Assembly (NCBI RefSeq): GCF_963921235.1
Contig: NC_086097.1
Coordinates: 102,178,001 to 102,242,000 of the forward strand
Length of the DNA stretch: 64,000 nucleotides
Direction of reading: 5' to 3'
From: Mobula hypostoma
Lineage: Eukaryota
A program made the position numbers and the translations under genes. The notes below the pieces were generated by a model, which was given only the letters and a program-made list of their open reading frames with translations, did no database searches and was not told the origin of the DNA. Below, in pieces: positions 1 through 11,999 of this stretch; the stretch's first letter is position 1, and every line of letters starts with the position of its first letter.

Positions 1-240
1 TTTTGCTCTTAATATATCTCTGGAAGACCTTGGGATTCACCTTCACCTTGTCTCCTACAGCAACCTCCTGCTTTCTTTTAGCCTCCTCATTTCCTTCTCT
101 TGCATTTCTTATTCTCCTCAAATAACTCTTCTGCTCCTTCCTGCCTATACCTGCTATTTCTGATACCATCAAAATTGGCCTTTCTCCAATTTAGAATCCC
201 AAGCCAAGGACCAGACCTATCTTTCTTGACACTAATGGCA
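1..240 (-). mobile_element. CR1 LINE ORF2 fragment
   Basis: ctgataccatcaaaattggcctttctc recurs in the CR1 copy near 35515. Confidence 0.5.
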
Positions 241-359
241 GGGTGTTAAAAAACTTACCACTATGTTGCCTGGACTTGAAGGCCTGAATTACAAGGTAAT
301 TTTATGTAGACCAGGATTTTATTCTCTGGAACGCAGCAGATTGTAGGTTGACAATCCTG

Positions 360-1745
360 AGAGGAGATTGTGGAAAGGGCACGTAATAAGGGTAATGTCC
401 CAATTGTAATAGGGGACTTCAATATGCAAGGGGATTGGAAAAATCAGGTTGGTATTGGATGACAAGACAGGGAATTTGTTGAGTGCCTATGAGATGGCTT
501 TTTAGAGCAACCTGTGCTTAAGCCTACTCAGGGAAAGGCCATCTTAGATTGGCTGTTGTGTTATAACACAGATCTTATTAATCAGCTTAACGTAAAGGAA
601 GCCTCAGGAGGCAGTGATCATAATATGATGGAACTCGTATTGCAATTTGAGAGGGAGAAGCACAAATCATATGTATCAGTATCACAATGGAATAAAGAAT
701 TACAGAGGCACAAGAGAGTAGATTGCCCAGGTGGATTGGAGGAGAGTACTGGTGGGGATGATGGCAGAGCAAAAGAGATGGCTGAGGTTTCTGGGATTAG
801 TTCACAAGGCACAGGGTACTTATGCCCCACATAAATTCTCAAATGGCAGGGCTAGGCAACCATGACTGACAAGGGAAGTTAAGGACTGCATAAAAGCCAA
901 GGAAAGGGCATATAAGGGTAGCAAAAATCGGTAAGAAGTTGGATGATTGGGAAGCTTTTAAAATCCAACAAAAGGCAACTGAAAAAAGCTAAAAGAAGGG
1001 AAAAGACAAAATATGAAGGCAAACAAGCTGATAAAATAAAGCAGGATACCACAAGTTTTTTTCAGTTATATAAAGAATAAAAGGAAAATGAGAGTTAGAC
1101 ATATAGAAACACAGAAAACCTACAGCACAATACAGGCCCTTTGGCAAACAGCATGTTGAGTGTGTTGTTTTGACCCCAGCTTATGCAGGGTATTTTGTGT
1201 TTGGGACTACATCCCAGATTTCTGAAACAGGTTGCTGAAGAGATAATGGATGTATTGGTCATGATTTTTAAAGAATCACTTGACTCTGGCATGATCCTGG
1301 AGGACTGGAAAATTGAAAATGTCACTCCACTCTTTAAGAAGGGAGGAAGACAAAAGAGAGGAAATTATTGGTCAGTTAGCCTAACCTCAGCAGCTAGGAA
1401 AGTGTTGAAGTCTATTATTAAGGATGAGGTTTCAGGATACTTGGAGACTAATGATAAAATAAGTCAAAGTCAGCATGGTTTCTGTAAAGGGAAATCTTGC
1501 CTGACAAATCTAATGAAGAGTTCTTCAAGGAAGTAATAAGCAAGGTGGACAAAGGAGAGTCAGTGGATGTCATTTCCTTGGATATTCAAAAGCTCTTTGA
1601 TAAGGTGCCTCACATGAGGCTGCTTAACAAGATAAACCCAGGGGCGTTACAGGAAAGATACTGGCATGGATAGAGGAAAGGCTCGCGGGCAGGAGGCAGT
1701 GAGTGGGAATAAAGGGGCCTTTTCTATTGGGACTGCTACTTTTCA
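360..1745 (+). mobile_element. CR1 LINE ORF2 (endonuclease end plus RT), degraded
   Basis: GDFN, SDHN, EDWKIENVTPLFKKGGRQKRGNY and SQHGFCKGKSCLTNL motifs with frameshifts. A short inverted CR1 tail piece sits near 1097-1145. Confidence 0.9.
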
Positions 1746-1749
1746 TATT

Positions 1750-2386
1750 ACATAGAAACACAGAAAACCTACAGCACAATACAGGCCCTTCAGCCCACAA
1801 TGTTGTGCCATACATGTACTTACTTTAGAAATTACCTAGATTTACCCAGAGCTCGCTATTTTTCTAAGCTCCATGTACCTACCTAGGAATCGCTTAAAAG
1901 ACCCTATCGTATCCGCCTCCACCACCATCACTGGCAGCCCATTCCACGCACTCACCACTCACTGCGTATAAAAATTACCCCTGACATCTCCTCTGTCCCT
2001 ACTTCCAAGCACCTTATAATTGTGCCTTCTCGTGTTAGCCAATTCAGCCCTGGGAAAAAGCCTCTGACTATCCACACGACCAATGCCTCTCATCATCTTA
2101 AACATTCTGTTGGGTCACCTCTCATCCTCCGTCGCTCCAAGGAAAGAAGACCACGTTCACTCAACTTACTCTCATAAGGCATGCTCCCCAATCCAGGCAA
2201 CATCCATGTAAATCTCCTCTGCACCCTTGCTATAGTTTCCACATCCTTCCTGTAGCGAGGTGACCAGAACTGAACACAGTACTCCAAGTGGTGTCTGACC
2301 AGGGTCCTATTTAGTTGTAACATTACCTCTCGGCTCTTAAACTCAATCCCATGGTTGATGAAGGCCAATGCACCATATGCCTTCTT
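1750..2386 (-). mobile_element. 5'-truncated CR1 3' end inserted in the preceding CR1
   Basis: RTLVRHHLEYCVQFWSP...LERRRMRGD, plus the CR1 3' tail ending ...tttctgtgtttctatgt. Confidence 0.9.
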
Positions 2387-2737
2387 ATAATATTGCTTGT
2401 CAATGATTTAGATAATGGAATTGATGGTTTTGTGGCAAAATTTGCAAATGATATGAAGATAGGTGGAGGTGTAGGTAGCACTGAGGAAGCAATGCAATTC
2501 CAGTAGGACTTGGACAAACTGGAAGAATGGACAAAAAGTGGCAGATGGAATACAGTGTTGGGAAATGTATGATAATACATTTTGATAAAAGGAACAATAG
2601 TGCAGACTATCATCTAAATGGGGAGAAAATTCAAACATCAGAGGGACTTGGGAGTCCTCGTGCAAGGCTCCCAGAAGGTTAATTTACAGGTTGAGTCAGT
2701 GGTAAAGAAGGCAAGTGCAATGTTGGCATTTATTTAG
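2387..2737 (+). mobile_element. CR1 RT continuation
   Basis: NDLDNGIDGFVAKFANDMKIGG and RDLGVLV motifs. Confidence 0.85.
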
Positions 2738-3805
2738 TGAAAGCGATTGACAAAGCAGTCCCTCAATCTATGTCGAGTCTGACCATCTGTAGAGGAGGCC
2801 ACATTGGCAGCAATGGATACAGTAGACGGCTCCAACAGATTCACAGGTGAATGGATAGATGTAGCATTTCTGCCGCTTGTAGGGCAAGTGCCAGGAGGAA
2901 GATTAGGGACAAATGGACAAAGGAATCATGGAGGGAGCATTGCCTGCAGAACGCCTGGGGGGGGTGGTGAAGATGTAATTGGTGGTAGGGTCCCGTTGAA
3001 GATGGCGGAGAATAAGGTGTTGAATGCAGAGGTGCATGGGTGGTGGGTGAGAACAAGAGGAACACAATCCCTGTTAAGGCAGAGGGAAGATGTGGTGAGC
3101 ACGGATGCCCGGAAATGGAAGAGATGTGGGTGAGAGCAGCATCTATGGTGGAGGAAGGGAATCTCCATTCTTTGAAGGAGGAGGATATCTTTAATGTCCT
3201 GGAAAGGAAAGCTTCATCCAGGAAACAGATATGGCAGAGACAAAGGAACTGAGAAAAGGGAATAGCATTTTTACAGGAATCAGGGTGGAAAGAGATTGAG
3301 TCTAGATAGTTGTGGGAATCGGTAAGTTGATAAAATTTATCAATATACAGTTTGTGTCCAGAGATGGTGTTGGAGAGATGAAGAAACAGGACAGAGGTGT
3401 TAGAAATGGACCAAGTGAATTTAACGGCAGGGTGGAAGTTGATGAAATTGATGAGCTCAGTGTGGATGCAGGAAGCAGCTAGAGTTGTCAATGTAATGCA
3501 GAAAGAGCTGGGGAGCGTTACCAGAGAAGGTCTGGAAAATGAACTGTTGTACATAGCCAATGAAAAGGCAGGCGTACTAGGGTCTATGCGGGTGCCCATG
3601 GCCACACCTTGACTTTGGAGAAAGTGGAAGGAGCCAAAAGAGAAGTTGTTGAGTGTGAGGACCAGTTCCGCCAGACAGAGGAGGGGGTGGTGGAGGAAGA
3701 CTGGTCAGGACTATTGTCAGAAAGAAGTGGCGGGCTTTAAGGCCTTCTTGATGGGAGATAGAAGTGTATTCAACTGGACGTCCATGGTGAAAATGAGGTG
3801 ATCAA
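2738..3805 (-). mobile_element. Penelope-like element RT fragment
   Basis: MAMGTR, NFHPAVKFTWSIS and YQLTDSHNYLD..SFHP.SCKNAIPFSQFL; same family as 22776-24772. Confidence 0.9.
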
Positions 3806-3890
3806 GTTAAAGGCAAAGTAGGACGTAGAGATAACGCAGGAAGGAGAAAGGAAACAAAAACAGCAGGAGATGTGAACAGAAGGAACAAGA

Positions 3891-4054
3891 GGGGATATAC
3901 GAGAGACTGCAAACGCTGGAAACTGGACAACAATCAGCACGCTGGAGGAACTCAGCAGGATCTACAGGAGGAAGGGGATTGCTGACATTTCAGGTCTTGA
4001 TCCGAAACCTCCACAGATGCTACCTGACCTGCTGAGCTCCTCCAGCAGATTGCT
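3891..4054. mobile_element. Old Penelope-derived fold-back mini-insertion
   Basis: gctggaggaactcagcagg ... cctgctgagctcctccagc inverted arms; possible TSD gaacaaga at 3883-3890 and 4055-4062. Confidence 0.65.
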
Positions 4055-4247
4055 GAACAAGATAACTGGAGATAGATCAAATTGGAACTTAGGATCTCAT
4101 ACTATAAGTATACAGCACACATGCAAATTATTTTGACTGTAATCGATTACTCAAGATGAGAGGCTTTATTTTTCCTTCTTTTTAGAGGTGGAAGGTTTAA
4201 CATACACAATTACCGCTGAAGGGAAAAATAAAATCTATCAAACTTAC

Positions 4248-4587
4248 TTGATCGGCTTAGGCAGAATTTGGGTGTAGTCCTTGGGGTGACAGGTTGGGAT
4301 GAGTTGGTTGACGCTGACAAGATGGCATTGAAGTAAAGTCCTGAGCCCTCGCGCATGGGGCTGAGAATAGGAGGAGGGGTGTAGGGCGGAGGCTGGAAGT
4401 TCCTGTCCACAGGGTGCTCAGGCAGTCTGACCGGCGAGCGAAGGTTGCTCTGATAGAGGGTACCAGGTGGGTAGGCAATGACTGAGACGTGGTTGTGCGG
4501 CTTGGGTGGAATGAAGAGAGGCTCCGGCCTGGGCCGCCGTTTTAGTTTGGCTGTAAGGTTCATCTGACCTCTGGAGAGTTCGACCTC
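4248..4587 (-). CDS. MIDEAS: MIDEAS-like internal coding exon (340 nt, phase 0/1) with the conserved pre-ELM2 motifs
   Basis: Acceptor catttctgcAG|GAGGTC and donor GATCAA|GTAAGT. Peptide RPRPEPLFIP...YQSNLRSPVRLPEHP...PPYTPPPILSPMREGSGLYFNAI matches MIDEAS RPRPEPLIIP...YQSHLRSPVRLADHP...PPYTPPPILSPVREGSGLYFNAI better than TRERF1. Confidence 0.95.
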
Positions 4588-5462
4588 CTGCAGAAATGGA
4601 CATCACACACAGAAGTTATGATGCAGCTGAAACCTGCCACACAGGGTCAGTCTCTTCAGCCCAACTGGCCTATGCCACCCAAGACTCGGGTCTAAGCCAG
4701 CACTATCAGCCCACAAATCCCTTAAACCTTTCCTATCCATATACCCATCCAAATATTGTTTAAATGTTGTTAGTGTACCTTCCTCTGTCAGCTAGTTCCA
4801 CATATTGACCACTCTTGCAAGTGTCTAACATTCAAATTGTTCATGTGTACACTATTACGATTCTCAGCAAAGTAGCTAGTCCTTTACCCATTTCGAACGA
4901 CACCCCTATGGTCTCAGGTTCAACTGTTCAGTCACAGACATTTAACCGCCAGTTCACGTGCAAAGTCAAACTGCTGCTTCATGTGGCCTATCCTTTTCTG
5001 CAAGGGAACTACAGAACCAGATGGGCTTTTATAACAAATCAGTGGCTTCAAAGTTACCATTACTGAGACCAACAATTTAAATCACCAAATATCATCTGCA
5101 TTAGATAACATTTTTCCCAGGTTACGATGAGATGGGGAAGGAAATCAGGCAAGTGTTACCTGGAAACACTAATGCAGTAACCCTCAACTGTACAGTGCAC
5201 TTTAACAAGAGGGTCAGTCTGATGCTCATACTGCAGTACCAGATGAATTGACTCTGGGTAATAATGTGATTGGCTTAGAAGCTCAGAGGGAAAATCCTGT
5301 ATGCTTGTACCAAGACCATCATAAACAGTCACTTTATTGGGGCAACTAACCATTAGTCACGAATACCTGTATATTTTATGTGTTGATCAGTTCTTCCTCG
5401 GCTGAATAACCCACACCAGATCAGTCTACTGGTACTCTGTTCAGATCATAACACCCCTTCAG

Positions 5463-5770
5463 ATATCATCATCGCGTGCCATGTCATATGATGTGCGTGA
5501 TCATGGTCTACTACCAGAATTGTTCTTGGCCAATTTTTCTACAGAAGTGGTTTACTATTGCCTTCTTTTGAGCAGTTTCTTTACAAGACGGGTGGCCTCA
5601 GCCATTATCAATATTCTTCAGAGATTATCTGCCTGGAGTCAGTGCTCCTCTCATGGCTTCAAGTGATCCTGATTGGGGGCTAACAGGTGCTACACCTTGC
5701 CCAAGGTGGCCTGCATGCCAGCGAAGGGAAGCAGCGCCTTGCGGTAAAGGCAAATCTCCACCCCACACCT
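5463..5770 (-). mobile_element. RTE-related short interspersed element
   Basis: agtggtttactattgccttc motif shared with the SINE at 20370; (cat)n-type end. Confidence 0.5.
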
Positions 5771-6246
5771 GCCCCCCCATCAGATAATCCCTCCAAAACC
5801 CAGCACAGGAGCTAATCAGTTGCTAACTATGACAACCACAGGATAAAAACTGTTACCTAACCATGTTCAAGAACATAAAGCATTCAAACAATTCCACAAT
5901 ATTTTCCATCTCGAGCATCTGCACATCTACTGCTGAAGCTCTCCTCCCCAACTGTTATCACAACTTCCACACTCTCTTGGTCTATTCCCATCCTCCACTT
6001 CAACTCCTCTTAAATGTTACAGCACCTGACCAGACCCAGAATAAATTCCTCAATTTTCACTTTGTAGCCTAGCCTCAGTTTCAAAGTGCTTACTTTTAAT
6101 TTCAAATCCAGACATGCCCTTGCCTTTTCCCACCTTCCCAACCCTACCCACACTTCCTTCTTTCCAAAGCAACCCTGAACTCCCTGTACTCCCCAGAAAA
6201 TTACATTTACCAGTAACATATTCAAATATACCTTTCCACTTAAAAA

Positions 6247-8388
6247 AAATAGGAGTAGAATTAGGCCAGTTGACCCATCAAGTCTGATCCGATATTTCAT
6301 CATGACTGATCCAATTTCCCTCTCAGCCCCAATCTCCTGCCTTCTCCCCATATCCCTTCATACCCTGACGAAATCAGAAACCATCAACCTCTGCCTTAAA
6401 CATAGATAAGGATTTGGCCTCCTGTCCATGGCAAAGAATTCCACAGATTCACCACTCTCTGGAGAAATAAATTCCTCATCTCCATTCTAGAAGGACACCC
6501 ATCTAATTTGAGGCTGTCTCCTCTGGTCTTAGATTCTCCCACCATAGGAAACATCCACTCAACAAGGCCTTTCACTATTCGATAGGTTTCAATAAGGTCA
6601 CCCCTCATTCTTCTGAATTCTAGTGAATACAGGCCCAGAGCCATCAAACACTCTTCAAGTGGGAAGCTAGTCAATCCTGGAATCATTTTTGTGAATCTCC
6701 TTTGAACCCTCTCCAGTTTCAGCACAGCCTTTCCAAGATAAGGGGCCCAAAACTGCTCACAATACTCCAAGTGAGGCCTCACTAGTGCTTTATAAAGTCT
6801 CAACATTACATCCTTGCTTCTATATTCTAGTCCTCTTGAAATGAATGCTGACATCACATTTGCCTTCCTCACCACAGACTCAACCTGCAAATTAACTTTT
6901 AGGGAATCCTGCACAAGGACTCCCAAGTCCCTTTGCACCTCAGATTTTTTTTCATTTTCTCTCCATTTAGAAAATAGTCAACCCTTTCATTTCTACTACC
7001 AAAGTGCATGACCAAACACTTCCCAACACAATATTCCATCTACCATTTCTTTGCCTATTCTCCTAATCCTTCTGTAGCCTATTTCCTCAAAACTACTTGC
7101 CCCTCCACCTATCTTCATATCATCTGCAAACTTTGCAACAAAGCCATCAATTCCATCATCCAAATCAGTGACATATAACGTAAATATAATCAGTCCCAAC
7201 ACAGACCCCTGTGGAACACCAATAGTCACCAGCAGCAAACCAGCAAAGGTTCCCTTTATTCCCACACTTTGCCTCCTGCCAGCAGCCACTGCTTTATCCA
7301 TGCTAGAATCTTTCCTTTAATACCTTGGGCTCGTAGCTTGTTTAGCAGTCTCGTGTGTGGCACCTTGTCAAAGCCTTCTGAAAATCCAAGTACACAACAT
7401 CATCCGACTCTACTTTGTCTACCCTGCTTATTAGTTCTTCAGAGAATTCCAACAGAATTGCCAGGCAAGGTTTTCCCTTGAGGAAACCATGCTGACTATA
7501 GCCTATTTTCTCATGTGCCTCCAAGTACCCCGAAACATCATCCTTAATAATCAGCTCCAACATCTTCCCAACCACTGAGGTCAGACTAACTGGCCTATAG
7601 TTTCCTTTCTTCTGTCTCCCTCCCTTCTTGAAGGGTGGATTGACATTTGCAATTTTCCAGTCTTCCAGAACCATTACCGAATCGAGTGCTTTCTGAGAAA
7701 TCATTTCTAATGCCCCAAATCTCTTCAGCTACCTCTTTTAGAACTCTGGGGTGCACACATCTGGTCCAGGTGACTTATCTACCTTAAGACCTTTCAGTTT
7801 CCCAAGAACCTTCTCTCTAGTTATGATAACTTCACACACTTCATGCCCCTGGCACCTGGTACTTCCACCATACTGCAGTATCTTCCATAGTGAAGACTGA
7901 TGCAAAATTTCACTGTCCCCCATTAGTACCTCTCCAGCATCATCTTCCAGTGGTCTGATATCCACTCCTGCCTCTCTTTTACACTTTATGTATCCGAAGA
8001 AACTTTTGGTATCCTCTTTAACATCATTGGCTAGTTTACTTTCATATTCCATCTTTACCTTCTTAATGACCTTTTTAGTTGCCTTCTGTTCGTTTTTAAA
8101 AGCTTCCCCATCCTCTAACTTCCCGCTAATTTTTGTTCTATTATATGCCCTCTCTTTAGCTATTATGTTAGCTTTTACTTCTTGCTAGCCACAGTTGTGT
8201 CATCTTTCCTTTAGAATACCTCTTCCTCTTTGGATGCATATATCCTACACCTTCCAAGTTGCTTCCAGAAATTCCAGCCATTGCACCTCTGCCATCATCC
8301 CTGCCAGAGTTCTTTTCCAATCAGTTCTGGCCAATTTCCCTCTCATGCCTCTGTAATTCCCTTTACTCCACTGTGATACCGATACATT
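6247..8388 (-). mobile_element. CR1 LINE ORF2 3' half plus 3' UTR
   Basis: [49 protein letters not shown] and RVVNLWNSLP across several frameshifted ORFs. Confidence 0.95.
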
Positions 8389-8429
8389 GTCTTACCTCAC
8401 CCACCTTCTCTATACTACTGACATCCTTC

Positions 8430-8588
8430 CGCTAATTTGCCATTGTCAACTAACTTAGTGACACGTCACTGGGACGTGCAAGCGCACGGTCAGGAGGAGT
8501 GTGCAAACTCCACACAGGCAAAACCCAAGGTCGGGACTGAACCTGTGTAGCTGCAGCTGTGAGGCAGTAGCTCTACTCGCTGTGACAA
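8430..8588 (-). mobile_element. V-SINE (HE1-like) remnant
   Basis: Minus strand has a B-box-like ggttcagtcc followed by gtgtggagtttgcac, the V-domain motif. Confidence 0.65.
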
Positions 8589-9033
8589 TCTGTCAACCAG
8601 AGGAAGATTTGCACAGATCTATGTAGTGCTGAGTGAAACCTGTCCATTTATCATTCTAGCATCTCACTTCAAACATCCCTCCCTCATTTCCTCACAGCCA
8701 TCTCCAAATTTCAGATGCTGTTTAAAGTTTCCCTCTTCAAAGTAAATTTATTATCGAAGTACCTATATATTACCATACACTACCCTGAGATTCATTTTCT
8801 TGCAAGTACTTATGGGGCGGGGGAGGGAAGAAATACAACAGAATTTACAAATAACTATACATAAACAGGCAAAAGCTGACAAATAATCTGAGTGTAAAAG
8901 CCAAACTGCAAATCACTTATCCTAGTCTCTTTACATTGGCTCTATGTCGGATTTCAAGCTGATAATGCACACTACCCAAATAGCTATGTTTGAAGTACTG
9001 CATCAACATGAGATTGGCGTGAAACTATATTAC

Positions 9034-9315
9034 CTGCATGGAGGGCCCAGAACCTCGACTCAATCTGCGCTTGCGGGTGGTCAGTGGAGAGGAATTCAGC
9101 TCGGACAGGTCACCTTCAGTTGACGGGTTCGTTTGAGATTCTTCTCCTCCTTTTTGGTTGATGTTTCTGACGGGCACCGACACGGGTATGACCAGTGGTA
9201 TCAGGCAGCTGTCATCCAGCCGGCCTACAGCTGGAGCACCTTCTGCCAGAGTGCCCGTATCCTTCAAGTGCTCTGACATCCCCTTCCTCTCCTCCTGGGG
9301 ATCATTCTCCTGAGT
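9034..9315 (-). CDS. MIDEAS: MIDEAS-like internal coding exon (282 nt, phase 0/0)
   Basis: Acceptor tgtctttgctttcAG|ACTCAG and donor ATGCAG|GTAATA. Peptide DDSCLIPLVIPVSVPVR...PLTTRKRRLSR matches MIDEAS EDSGMVPLIIPVSVPVR...SVIVTRRRSTR. Confidence 0.9.
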
Positions 9316-9985
9316 CTGAAAGCAAAGACAACATGTCTTCTCAGAGCTGACATTCTCACATTTACTAACGTCATGGGATGCTGATCTGCTCATCCATCAT
9401 TCAGAATATTTCCACCAGTTCCATGCCCCCACTTATTTCCCTACAAACACGTCTTTCAACTTTTTCCCTATCCCTGTCCACCTTCCTGATACTTGACAGC
9501 CTCAGAATAATTTGCAGTGCTCAACTTGCAAACTCCACACAAACAATATCTGAGCTCAGGATTGAACTTGAGTTGCTGCAGTTACTACTGGCCCTACTAG
9601 CTGTGCAGTTTAGAGCAAGGTTTGTACAGACTGATGCAGCACATGAGCACCCTGGAAATGTGTACTTAGCCCCCTGCTTTACGTGCTTTACACCTAAACT
9701 GTGTGGCTAAGTACAGCTCCAACACCATATACAAATTTGCTGATAGCATCACTGTTGTGGCAGTATCAAAGGTGGTGATGAATCAGAATACAACAGGGAG
9801 GTTGAAAACTTGGCTAGGTGATGTAATAACAACAACCTCTCACTCAATGTCAATAACACTAAGGAACAGACTGTAGACTTCAGAAGAGGAAAACCAGAGG
9901 TCCATCAGCCAGTAATCAATCATCAGAGTGTCAGAGGTGCAGAGGGTCAATCACTTTAAGTTCCTGGGTGTCACTATGTCAGAGA

Positions 9986-10174
9986 CACAAAATAATCTGC
10001 AGATGCTGGGGTCAAAGCAACACTCACAACACGCTGGAGGAACTCAGCAGGTGGGGCAGCATCCGTGGAAAAGATCGGTCGATGTTTCGGCCCCGAAGGG
10101 CTCCAGCCCGAAACGTCGACCGATCTTTTCCACAGATGCTGCCCGACCTGCTGATTTCCTCCAGCGTGTTGTGA
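9986..10174 (-). mobile_element. Penelope-derived fold-back mini-insertion with 18-bp TSD
   Basis: TSD gtgtcactatgtcagaga at 9968-9985 and 10175-10192. Inverted arms of about 70 bp are centred on the hammerhead remnant cgaagggctccagcccGAAACGTCgac. Confidence 0.9.
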
Positions 10175-10293
10175 GTGTCACTATGTCAGAGAACCTGTCC
10201 TGGGCCCATCATATAAATATAATTGCAAAGAAAGCACAACAACGCCTCTACTTCCTTAGGAGTCTGCAGAGGTTCAGCATGTCATCAAAAACC

Positions 10294-10892
10294 TATTACG
10301 GGAGGAGAGAGAGCAGCGCATCGCACACGTGCGCAGCCCTCCGGTGAAAAATGATATTGTATCTGTTAAATAGGGGCCGTGGACAATTCTGATTTGATGG
10401 AGAATGGATGTGAAAGCACAGAGGAACATCTGGAGAAATTTCTGAAACGCTCGTTCGCTGCTGTCATTACTAGGCCTCAAAATCCCCGGCTTTGCCTGCT
10501 GTTGGCAACCAAGGTTGAGGTCAAATCGTTCAGACAGAGCTGGCGCTCAGTACTCGGTGTCGGAGAGCTGATCAGAGCTCAAAGTTTTCGGATGACTCAG
10601 AGTCGGACTGTGGTCGGCATGGCAGGGAGAGTTCTTCCTTCTCCCGCTTGTGTGAGATGTGGGACATTTGAGAGACTTTGAACTTTTACTGTGCTCATGG
10701 ACTTCTTCATCAAGTTATGGTATTGTTGCACTGTTGTAACTATATGTTATTATTATGTGGTTTTGTCAGTTTTTTCAGTCTTGGTCTGTCCTGTGTTTTG
10801 TGATATCGCACCGGAGAAAATATTGTATCATTTCTTAATGCATGCATTACTAAATGACAATAAAAGAGGACTACGTGTCTTCATAATCTAAA
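10294..10892 (+). mobile_element. Unclassified non-coding retroposed element
   Basis: Flanked by aaaaacc duplication; ends atgacaataaaag...ctaaaaaaaa; splits the Rex1 frame. Confidence 0.7.
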
Positions 10893-11269
10893 AAAAAACC
10901 CTTGGCAAACTTCTATATATGTGTGGTGGAAAGTGTACTGACTGGCTGTATTACAGCCTGGTGTGGGAACACCAATGCCTTTGAGTGGAAAATCCTACAA
11001 AAGATAGTACTGTGCCATCACGGGTAAAACCCTCCCAATCACATCTATACCAAACGTTGCTGTAGGAAAGCAGCAACCAGCCATTGTCACCACCCAGGCC
11101 ATGCTCTTTTCTCTCTGCTGCCATCAGGTAAAAGGTACAGGTGCCTCAGGACTCACACCATCAGGTTCAGGATCAGTTACTACTCCTCAACCATCAGGTT
11201 CTTGAACAAAAGGGGATACTTATGCACATTTAAGGACTCCGTAATATTTCATGCTTATTATTTAGTTTT

Positions 11270-11322
11270 GTCTTTCTTTCTTTCTTTCTCTTTCTTTCTT
11301 TATTTCTTTCTGTCTGTCTTTC
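11270..11322. repeat. (TTTC)n/(TCTG)n microsatellite
   Basis: Direct reading. Confidence 0.85.
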
Positions 11323-11324
11323 TT

Positions 11325-11518
11325 GTCATCCACTTCGCCTAGTCCCATCTCCAGCCATCTCGACTCGGTCTTGCCACTGGATCCAGATGGGAATTGGGAA
11401 GAGAGAGTGAGGCTGACGTTGCACAACTCTCCCTCACTTAAATCCAAATCACACGCTAGTCTCGACACCATCAATGGTGTCGAGGTCTTCATCAATGACG
11501 ACGATGAACGAACAACAA
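11325..11518 (+). mobile_element. Short element related to the 3' part of the 16480-16920 element
   Basis: Shared ctggatcc...tgcacaac...ctcacttaaatcca blocks and a simple-repeat tail. Confidence 0.45.
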
Positions 11519-11999
11519 TTTATATCTGTATTTGTACAGTTTGTTTGCAGTTTATAGTTATTGTTCTATAGATTTGCTAAGTATGCCTGTAGAAAAAGAA
11601 TCTCAGGGTTGAATGTGGTGACGTGTATGTACTCTGATAATAAATTTTACTTTGAACAGAGTGAAAGTGATTACGCTCCACATGTCCCTCCCAGTATACT
11701 TCACATCAGTCTATTACAAACAGCCCAAACTTCTCACTTTCCTGGACTAATTTAGCTTTCCCTTAAATGAATACTGACTAACTTCTTTAAAAATTGTGTT
11801 ATTCCCTGGGCAAAGAAACTTCTCCTAAACTTTTGTTTTAATTCATTGGCAACCACAATATTTTTGGCTTTACATTGGTTCCACAGAAGTGCAAGATTTA
11901 TTCTATGACTTTACATTTGGTATTTTTATACTTTTGTCATTAGTGTACTGGCAAGGAACATTACGGCCTTTGGAAAGTCACAGGAGCAGAGGGAAATGG

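Larger units (their letters stand above)
9640..11220 (+). mobile_element. Rex1/Babar-type LINE RT 3' part, interrupted by two insertions
   Basis: SSNTIYKFAD, NNLSLNV, FKFLGV and KKAQQRLYFLRSL motifs. Confidence 0.85.

Noticed and set aside
4248..4587. Assignment to TRERF1 or ZNF541
   Set aside because: The motifs RSPVRL and PILSP.REGSGLYFNAI fit MIDEAS better; paralogy remains open.
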